Assembly (NCBI GenBank): GCA_038231315.1
Contig: JBBRLN010000011.1
Coordinates: forward strand, 2,035 to 66,034
Reading direction: 5' to 3'
Length of the DNA: 64,000 bases
Origin: Caulobacterales bacterium
Lineage (GTDB): Bacteria > Pseudomonadota > Alphaproteobacteria > Caulobacterales > Caulobacteraceae
The notes under the pieces: generated by a model
Seen by the model: the letters and a program-made list of their open reading frames with translations, nothing else
What the model was told of the DNA's origin: nothing
Database searches by the model: none
Translations under genes and position numbers: made by a program
Shown here: piece after piece, positions 57,218-64,000 of the stretch
How the letters are laid out: every line of letters begins with the position of its first letter
Numbering within the stretch: the first letter of the stretch is position 1

Positions 57218-59281
57218 CTAGCTGAACGCCCATAGCGCGTACGAGAGCAACCCGGCGACGCCCAGCAGCATGACGAAGGCGTAGTGGTATACGTAACCGG
57301 TCTGGGCCCTGCCCGCCCCCCGACCGATGGCGTAGGATACGGTGGCGACGCCGTCGGGGCCGAGACCATCGATCAAGGCCTTGTCGCCGCCCTTCCAGAA
57401 CAAGTCGCCCAGCGCCTTGGCGCCGTTGACGAAGACGGCGTCGTACAATTCGTCGAAATACCACTTGTTGTAGAGGAAGCTCCAGACGATCCCCTTTTGG
57501 GCCGCGATCCGCGCGCCCATGCCCTCGTGGCGGATGTAGGCATACCAGGCGGCGAACAGGCCGATGGCGGTCACTACCAACGGCCCCCCGGTCACCCAGG
57601 CCGGCAAGCTGTCGAGCTGGCTCAGCACCGAGCGGCCGCCGAGGTTGAACAGCACGCCGCGCCAGAAGGCGCCGCGCTCCGGCCCGACGAACATCTCGAC
57701 GAAGACCGCACCAGCGGTGATGGCGCCGATGGAGAGCAGGATCAGCGGTGTCAGCATCACCAGCGGGCTCTCGTGCGGCTCGACGTCGTGGCCGCCGTGA
57801 TCGTTGTGCGAGACGTCCGGTTCGGAATGGGTCTCTATCTGGGCGTGGCTCGCGCGATCGTCGACCGCGTGTTGCGCCTTTGGATGCTTCCACTTGGCCG
57901 TGCCGTGGAAGGTCATGAAGATCAGACGCCAGGAGTAGAACGAGGTCAGGCCGGCCGCGAGCAGGCCGGCGACGAAGGCGAAATTCGAAATACCGTCGGT
58001 CTTTCCGGCCAGGAAAGCCGAGTTGATGATCGCGTCCTTGGAATAGAAGCCGGCGAAGCCGAGGTCGAGGCCGGGAATGCCGACGCCGGTTATCGCCAGT
58101 GTCCCGATCATCATCACCGCGTAGGTGACGGGCATCAGCTTCCACAGCGCGCCCATCTTCCGCATGTCCTGCTCGTGATGCATGCCCTCGATCACGGAGC
58201 CGGCGCCGAGGAACAGCAGGGCCTTGAAAAAGGCGTGGGTGAAGAGGTGGAACATCGCCGCCTGATAGGCCCCGACCCCGGCGGCGAAAAACATGTAGCC
58301 AAGCTGAGAACAGGTCGAATAGGCGATGACCCGCTTGATGTCGTTTTGGGCGAGACCGACCGTGGCGGCGAACAGACAGGTCACCGCGCCGATGACCGTC
58401 ACCACGCTCTTGGCGACCGGGGCGTACTCGAACATCGGCGACAGCAGGCAGACCATATAGACCCCTGCGGTGACCATGGTCGCGGCGTGGATCAGGGCGG
58501 AGACCGGCGTCGGGCCTTCCATGGCGTCCGGCAGCCAAGTGTGCAGGAAGAACTGCGCCGACTTGCCCATCGCGCCGATGAAGAGAAGCACGCACGCAAG
58601 GTCCATGAGGTGAAAGCTCTGGCCGGCGAAGCTCCACGTCATCTGGGCGTGGGCCGCAACCTCGGGGAAGATCTCGGCGAAGCGGATGGTGTGGAACGAC
58701 CAGAATATCGTCATTATGCCGAGCGCGAAGCCGACATCGCCGACCCGGTTGACCACGAAGGCCTTGATCGCCGCCGCGTTGGCCGTGGCCTTGTGATACC
58801 AGAAGCCGATCAGCAGATAGCTGGCGAGACCGACGCCCTCCCAGCCGAAAAACAGCTGCATGAAGTCCGACGCCGTCACCAGGGCCAGCATGGCGAAGGT
58901 GAAGAAGCTGAGATAGGCGAAGAAGCGCGGTTTGGCCGGGTCGTGGGCCATGTAGCCCCAACTGTAAAGGTGGACGAGCGCCGACACGCTGGTCACCACC
59001 ACCAGCATCACCGCCGACAGCGAGTCGATCCGGATCGACCAGTCGGACCGAAACGCCCCGACATCGATGAAAGGCGCGATCTCCACGGTGAACTTTGCTG
59101 GCCAGCCCCCCCAAATGACCTGGCTAAACGTTGTCCAGGACAGGGCGCAGGCCAGGAACAGCAGGCCTGTCGTAACCAGCATCGGAACCCGATCGCCGAA
59201 CCGCTTACCACACGCGCCGGCGATCAGCGCGCCGAACAGCGGCGCGAAGACGAGCGCGGTAACGAGCAGCTGCGGTGTCAC
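57218..59281 (-). CDS. nuoL: NADH-quinone oxidoreductase subunit L
   Basis: HLYS.GYM.HD, NRVGD, GKSAQ..LHTWLPDAMEGPTPVSALIHAATMV motifs. Confidence 0.97.
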   Translation of the reverse strand: MTPQLLVTALVFAPLFGALIAGACGKRFGDRVPMLVTTGLLFLACALSWTTFSQVIWGGWPAKFTVEIAPFIDVGAFRSDWSIRIDSLSAVMLVVVTSVSALVHLYSWGYMAHDPAKPRFFAYLSFFTFAMLALVTASDFMQLFFGWEGVGLASYLLIGFWYHKATANAAAIKAFVVNRVGDVGFALGIMTIFWSFHTIRFAEIFPEVAAHAQMTWSFAGQSFHLMDLACVLLFIGAMGKSAQFFLHTWLPDAMEGPTPVSALIHAATMVTAGVYMVCLLSPMFEYAPVAKSVVTVIGAVTCLFAATVGLAQNDIKRVIAYSTCSQLGYMFFAAGVGAYQAAMFHLFTHAFFKALLFLGAGSVIEGMHHEQDMRKMGALWKLMPVTYAVMMIGTLAITGVGIPGLDLGFAGFYSKDAIINSAFLAGKTDGISNFAFVAGLLAAGLTSFYSWRLIFMTFHGTAKWKHPKAQHAVDDRASHAQIETHSEPDVSHNDHGGHDVEPHESPLVMLTPLILLSIGAITAGAVFVEMFVGPERGAFWRGVLFNLGGRSVLSQLDSLPAWVTGGPLVVTAIGLFAAWYAYIRHEGMGARIAAQKGIVWSFLYNKWYFDELYDAVFVNGAKALGDLFWKGGDKALIDGLGPDGVATVSYAIGRGAGRAQTGYVYHYAFVMLLGVAGLLSYALWAFS

Positions 59282-59286
59282 GCCGC

Positions 59287-59592
59287 CTAGCCCCGCATCA
59301 CGGAGGCGTCGTCGACGGCGATGTCGCCGCGCCAGCGGAAGAAGGTGACAAGGATTGCGAGCCCGACCGCGGCCTCGGCGGCGGCGACGGTGAGGACGAA
59401 AAGGGCGAAGACCTGGCCGGCGACCTGATGCAGGAAGACGGAGAAGGCGACCAGATTGATGTTCACCGCCAGTAGGATCAGTTCGATCGACATCAGGATG
59501 ACGATGACGTTCTTGCGGTTTACGAAGATGCCGAGCACGCCGATGGTGAAGAGTATGGCCGCGACGGTGAGATAATGGGTCAGGCCGATCAC
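59287..59592 (-). CDS. nuoK: NADH-quinone oxidoreductase subunit K
   Basis: NRKN.I..LMSIEL.LLAVN and [12 protein letters not shown] motifs. Confidence 0.97.
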   Translation of the reverse strand: MIGLTHYLTVAAILFTIGVLGIFVNRKNVIVILMSIELILLAVNINLVAFSVFLHQVAGQVFALFVLTVAAAEAAVGLAILVTFFRWRGDIAVDDASVMRG

Positions 59593-60206
59593 AATTCGAT
59601 CCCCTCGCCCGGCTTGATGGAAACCATCACCATCCCGCTCTTGGTGTCGCGCGCCACCTGATCCCCGACATTCTGTCGACGGATGCCCGCGCGGTGCTTC
59701 AATGTCAGCACGATGGCACCGATCATCGCCACCAGGAGGACCATCCCCGCCGCCTGGAAGAGATAGACGTAGTCGGTGTAGAGCACCGCGCCGATGTCCG
59801 CCGCGTTGCTGAAACCGGGACGGGCGGGCGCCGGGCCGGTCGAGGCTTTCGCCGCCCCGTTCGCGGCGACACTGCCGGCGACGATGACCATCTCCACCGT
59901 CAGGATGCCCGCCACGATGGCCCCGATGGGCAAATAGCGCGCGAAGCCCTGGCGCAGGGCGGTGAAGTCGACGTCCAGCATCATCACCACGAAGAGGAAG
60001 AGCACCGCGATGGCGCCGACATAGACCACCACCAGGATCATCGCGAGGAACTCGGCGCCCAGCAGGACAAAGAGACCGGCGGCCGAGAAGAAGGTGGTGA
60101 TGAGGAACAGGACCGAGTGCACGGGATTGCGCGCCGAGATCACGGCGACGCCCGCGACCAGGGTGGTCGCGGCGAGCAGGTAAAAGGCGATCGCCTGCAA
60201 AACCAT
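59589..60206 (-). CDS. nuoJ: NADH-quinone oxidoreductase subunit J
   Basis: [15 protein letters not shown]...[17 protein letters not shown] and [10 protein letters not shown] motifs. Confidence 0.97.
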   Translation of the reverse strand: MVLQAIAFYLLAATTLVAGVAVISARNPVHSVLFLITTFFSAAGLFVLLGAEFLAMILVVVYVGAIAVLFLFVVMMLDVDFTALRQGFARYLPIGAIVAGILTVEMVIVAGSVAANGAAKASTGPAPARPGFSNAADIGAVLYTDYVYLFQAAGMVLLVAMIGAIVLTLKHRAGIRRQNVGDQVARDTKSGMVMVSIKPGEGIEL

Positions 60207-60268
60207 GGCTCTACAATCAGGTCTCCGGAAAGGGCGGGAAGCGGCGGCTTCTTAGTCGAGCGGGAGGC

Positions 60269-60766
60269 TCAGCGATAGGGCGCGTCGAGCTCGAGGTTGT
60301 GGGCGATGATGCTCTCCCAGCGGTCGCCGTTCGCGAGCAGACGCTCCTTGTCGTAGTAGAGCTCCTCGCGGGTCTCGACGGAATATTCGATGTTGGGTCC
60401 CTCGACGATGGCGTCTACTGGACACGCCTCCTGGCAGAGACCGCAATAGATGCACTTCACCATATCGATGTCGTAGCGCGTGGTGCGCCGCGAGCCGTCT
60501 TCGCGGGGCTCCGCCTCGATTGTGATCGCCTGCGCCGGACAGATCGCCTCGCAGAGCTTGCAGGCGATGCAGCGTTCTTCGCCCGACGGGTAGCGGCGCA
60601 GGGCGTGTTCGCCACGGAAGCGAGGCGACTGCGGGCCACGTTCGTTGGGATAGAGCACGGTGGCCTTGGGCGATCCCAGATAGCGCAGGCCCAGCCCGAA
60701 GGCGCCGATGAAATCCATCAGCGCCGCGCCGCGCACCGCCTGGCTGACCCGTTGCATGAACGACAT
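60269..60766 (-). CDS. nuoI: NADH-quinone oxidoreductase subunit I
   Basis: [23 protein letters not shown] and [12 protein letters not shown] ferredoxin motifs. Confidence 0.98.
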   Translation of the reverse strand: MSFMQRVSQAVRGAALMDFIGAFGLGLRYLGSPKATVLYPNERGPQSPRFRGEHALRRYPSGEERCIACKLCEAICPAQAITIEAEPREDGSRRTTRYDIDMVKCIYCGLCQEACPVDAIVEGPNIEYSVETREELYYDKERLLANGDRWESIIAHNLELDAPYR

Positions 60767-60988
60767 CTATTTCGCCTTCCCGCCGACGCAGAGGAAGCTG
60801 GAGAGTTTCCGGTTGTCGTACCCGCCCTTCAACGTGACGTGACCGCCTTCGGCTTCACAGGTCCTGGTCGCGGCGTTGATCGCGTCGTAGTTGGCGTCGC
60901 CGCTCCCCAGCTCATAGGATGAGGCGCCGCCCACGCTGGCGCAGGCCGCGAGGCCGCCGACGACTAGAAGAATGACGGCGACTCTCAT
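60767..60988 (-). CDS. Small lipoprotein (73 aa) embedded in the nuo operon
   Basis: [16 protein letters not shown] lipobox and two further Cys. Start overlaps the nuoH stop (ATGA); stop abuts the nuoI start. Confidence 0.75.
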   Translation of the reverse strand: MRVAVILLVVGGLAACASVGGASSYELGSGDANYDAINAATRTCEAEGGHVTLKGGYDNRKLSSFLCVGGKAK

Positions 60989-62064
60989 GCCGGATACCCA
61001 GGTCCGAACATCCTCCAGGCCGCGATCAGGACGACCGCCACGATCGATGTCGGCAGAAACACTTTCCAACCCAGCCGCATCAGCTGGTCGTAGCGGTAAC
61101 GCGGCACAAGCGCCTTCACCATGGCAAAGAGGAAGAAGAAGAACAGCAGCTTCGAGAAGAAGACCAAGAAGCCGAAGAAACTGAGCGCTGTCGGATTCCA
61201 GTGCGCGGCGAAGCCCATCGGGAAACCGGGGTTCCAGCCGCCGAAGAAGAGCACCGCCAGCATGGCGCACATCAGCACGATGTTGGCGTATTCGGCGATC
61301 ATGAAGAGCAGGTAGGGCGTAGAGGAATATTCCACCTGATAACCGGCCACCAGCTCCGACTCGGCTTCGGAAAGGTCGAACGGCGGCCGATTGGTCTCCG
61401 CCAAGGCCGAGACGAAGAAGATCAGGAGCATCGGGATCATCACCAGCGCCGCGGGGATGTCGGCGAGCGTGCCGCCGCCCAGCACGTTCCAATGCCAGAA
61501 CCAACCGGCCTGATGGGCCACGATGACGTTGAGGTTCAGCGACCCCGTCAGCAGGATGACCGTAACGATGACGAAGCCGATCGAGACCTCGTAGCTGACC
61601 ATCTGCGCCGCCGAGCGCAATGCGCCCAGGAAGGGGTATTTCGAGTTCGACGCCCAGCCGCCCATGATGATGCCGTAGACGCCCAGCGAGGAGACGGCGA
61701 ACAGGTACAGCACCCCGACATTGATGTTCGAAACTACCCAGCCCGGAGCTAGCGGGATCACCGACCAGGCGCCGAAGGCGAGGATGAAGCTGACCAGCGG
61801 AGCCATAAGGAACACCGCCTTATCCGCCCCGGCGGGAATCACGATCTCCTTCAGCACGAACTTCCCAAAGTCGGCGAAGGACTGAAAAAGACCGAAGGGG
61901 CCGACCACGTTCGGCCCTTTGCGCAGCATCACCGCCGCCCAGATCTTGCGGTCGGCCAGTAGCAGGAAGGCGAGCGACAACAGGATCCATATCAGCACCG
62001 CGAGGACCTGAAGGACGGTCAGCAGGGTCCAGCCGACCGGCGATCCCCAGAAATCGGCGGTCAT
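60985..62064 (-). CDS. nuoH: NADH-quinone oxidoreductase subunit H
   Basis: [36 protein letters not shown] and [18 protein letters not shown] motifs. Confidence 0.98.
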   Translation of the reverse strand: MTADFWGSPVGWTLLTVLQVLAVLIWILLSLAFLLLADRKIWAAVMLRKGPNVVGPFGLFQSFADFGKFVLKEIVIPAGADKAVFLMAPLVSFILAFGAWSVIPLAPGWVVSNINVGVLYLFAVSSLGVYGIIMGGWASNSKYPFLGALRSAAQMVSYEVSIGFVIVTVILLTGSLNLNVIVAHQAGWFWHWNVLGGGTLADIPAALVMIPMLLIFFVSALAETNRPPFDLSEAESELVAGYQVEYSSTPYLLFMIAEYANIVLMCAMLAVLFFGGWNPGFPMGFAAHWNPTALSFFGFLVFFSKLLFFFFLFAMVKALVPRYRYDQLMRLGWKVFLPTSIVAVVLIAAWRMFGPGYPA

Positions 62065-62128
62065 CGCGGCGCCCTCCGAAGAGCACGGCTGTCCTGCCCG
62101 TTCCTCGCGGCCGGTAAGAGTTCGCGCT

Positions 62129-64000
62129 TCATTCGGCCGCCATCTTCAGGCCGGAGGCCAGAGCGGCGCATTCCGCCATGGTGACGCTCGCCCGAGCGAT
62201 GGGGTTGGTAAGGTGAAAGCCGTGGACCGCCGAGCGCAGGACCGCGTCGGCGAGTTCGCCCTCCGACCCCAGCCCGCCGAGCTCAAAGGACGAGACGATG
62301 GCGCCGGGGGCCAGATCGATCTGGCCGAAGGTGGGATGGTCGGCGAAGAGCCTTTCGCGAAGCTGATCAAGCGTGTCGTAGGGCAGTTTGTGGCCCACGA
62401 TTTCCGAGAGCGCGCGCAGGATGGTCCAGTCGTCCTTGGCTTCGCCCTTGGGGAACACCGCGCGCTCGCCGCGCTGCACTCGGCCTTCGGTATTGACGTA
62501 AAAACCGGGTTTTTCGGTGTAGTCGGCGCCCGGCAGGATGACATCCGCGCGATGAGCGCCGGCGTCGCCGTGGGTTCCCAGGTAGACGACGAAGGCGTCC
62601 GTTCGCGACAGGTCGATCTCGTCGGCGCCGAGCAGGAACAGCACGTCCAGCGCCCCTTTTTCGACCATGGCGGCGGAGGTCTTGCCGTCCTGGCCGGGGA
62701 GAAACCCCAGATCGAGGCCGCCGACTCGCGCCGCGGCGGTATGCAGGACGTTCCAGCCGTTCCAGCCCTCCCGGACCACACCGATATCGGACGCCAATGT
62801 CGCCGAGGCGCGAAGGCTCGGGTTGTTGGTCAAAGCGCCTTGTCCCAGGACGATTGCCGGAAATTTCGCGTCGCGGAACGCCTTGGTGAAGTCTGACCCT
62901 TTGGCGAACACCTCGCCGATTGACTTGGCGGTCACGCCAAGGTGCTCGTAGCGATAGCCAAGATCCGCCGCCTCGCCGATAACGCCGAAGGCGGTGTGAC
63001 CGGTCAGCCACATCTTGCGGAAGCGCGCGTTGAGCACCGCCGCCTCGATGCGCGGGTTTGCCCCGATCAACAGGATGGCGTCCGCTTTTTCCAGACCGGC
63101 GATGGTCGAGTTGAGCAGCCAGCTCTCCCGTGGGCCGTCGCCCAGAACCACGCTATCCTGACGACAATCGAGATTCGGCGAGCCCAGCGATCTGAAGAGA
63201 TCCATCGTCGCCTTCATCGATTCGGCGTCCTGGAGGTCGCCGGCGATGGCGCCCAGCCGTTCAGGCCCCGAGCCCTTCAGTCTTTCGGCCACCGCCGCGA
63301 AAGCCTCGTTCCAGCTGGCGGGCGCCAGACGGCCGTTGCGGCGCACCATCGGCTTGTCGAGTCGCTGACGGTTCAGGCCGTCGCAGGCGTAGCGGGTCTT
63401 GTCGCTGATCCACTCCTCGTTGATCTCGTCATTGGTGCGCGGGAGAATGCGCAGCACCGCCGGACCCCGGGAGTCTATACGGATGTTGCTGCCGAGCGCG
63501 TCCATGACGTCGACGCTTTCGGTCTTCGTGAGCTCCCAGGGCCGGGCGTTGAAGGCGTAGGGTTTCGAGGTCAGGGCGCCGACCGGGCAAAGGTCGATGA
63601 CGTTTGCCGAAAGCTCGCTGGTCACCGCCTTGTCGAGATAGGTGGTGATCTCGACATCCTCGCCCCGCGAGATCAGGCCGATCTCCGGAACGCCGGCGAC
63701 CTCGGTGATGAAGCGCACGCAGCGGGTGCATTGAATGCAGCGGGTCATGACCGTCTTGATCAGCGGCCCCATGTATTTTTCTTCGACCGCGCGCTTGTTC
63801 TCTTCGTAACGGCTGGCGTCGCGGCCGTAGCCCATCGACTGGTCCTGCAGATCGCACTCGCCGCCCTGGTCGCAGATCGGGCAATCCAGCGGATGGTTGA
63901 TCAGCAGGAATTCCATGACCCCCTTGCGGGCCTTTTCGACCATCGCCGAATTGGTGATGATTTCCTGACCCTCGGCGGCGGGGAGCGCGCAGGACGCCTG
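62129..64000 (-). CDS. nuoG: NADH-quinone oxidoreductase subunit G (5' end outside window)
   Basis: [41 protein letters not shown] and [10 protein letters not shown] motifs; frame open to the window edge. Confidence 0.97.
   Translation of the reverse strand, partial: QASCALPAAEGQEIITNSAMVEKARKGVMEFLLINHPLDCPICDQGGECDLQDQSMGYGRDASRYEENKRAVEEKYMGPLIKTVMTRCIQCTRCVRFITEVAGVPEIGLISRGEDVEITTYLDKAVTSELSANVIDLCPVGALTSKPYAFNARPWELTKTESVDVMDALGSNIRIDSRGPAVLRILPRTNDEINEEWISDKTRYACDGLNRQRLDKPMVRRNGRLAPASWNEAFAAVAERLKGSGPERLGAIAGDLQDAESMKATMDLFRSLGSPNLDCRQDSVVLGDGPRESWLLNSTIAGLEKADAILLIGANPRIEAAVLNARFRKMWLTGHTAFGVIGEAADLGYRYEHLGVTAKSIGEVFAKGSDFTKAFRDAKFPAIVLGQGALTNNPSLRASATLASDIGVVREGWNGWNVLHTAAARVGGLDLGFLPGQDGKTSAAMVEKGALDVLFLLGADEIDLSRTDAFVVYLGTHGDAGAHRADVILPGADYTEKPGFYVNTEGRVQRGERAVFPKGEAKDDWTILRALSEIVGHKLPYDTLDQLRERLFADHPTFGQIDLAPGAIVSSFELGGLGSEGELADAVLRSAVHGFHLTNPIARASVTMAECAALASGLKMAAE

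Noticed and set aside
1-64000. CRISPR arrays, tRNA/rRNA genes, transposases, integrases, prophage genes
   Set aside because: No periodic repeat-spacer structure, RNA-gene signatures or mobile-element proteins were recognised by eye; a tRNAscan/Infernal/CRISPR scan would be needed to exclude them formally.

Overview
High-GC alphaproteobacterial chromosome segment, most consistent with Caulobacteraceae (CC1285-type lipoprotein beside rarA/rluA, PEPxxWA-CTERM proteins, alpha-type nuo genes); the taxonomy is inferred from gene content only. Left to right: an assimilatory nitrate/nitrite operon (NarK-type transporter, nirB, nirD, nasA, siroheme methyltransferase); a ~2.4-kb zone of broken genes (5'-truncated NarM-like nitrate-reductase-associated gene, frameshifted mobA, head-to-head PEP-CTERM and TPR remnants, and the last ~34 codons of a TrxB-like gene coupled to an intact zf-UBP gene); an SDR/TonB-receptor/hotdog-pair/alkenal-reductase catabolic operon; ATP12; DUF1800-DUF1501; an AT-richer membrane protein with a HhH-like tail; M28 peptidase; nitronate monooxygenase and thiolase-like genes; two RluA-family genes, a lipoprotein, rarA, an epimerase and hppA; a surface-glycosylation island (beta-helix protein, GtrB, GT-C-like protein, methyltransferase, and GtrA in frame with thiL); nusB-nrdR-glyA with no rib genes between them; ispDF-cinA, TPR-sulfotransferase, PEP-CTERM, general stress protein; DUF35/thiolase-GST-AKR; glcDEF; and nuoN-G (nuoG cut by the window edge). 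No rRNA, tRNA, CRISPR array, transposase or integrase was seen. The most interesting items are the ThiL-GtrA fusion within a Gtr-like cassette, the NarM/MobA/TrxB remnants, and the orphan TM+HhH-like protein. All product calls come from motif recognition by eye; no database searches were run.
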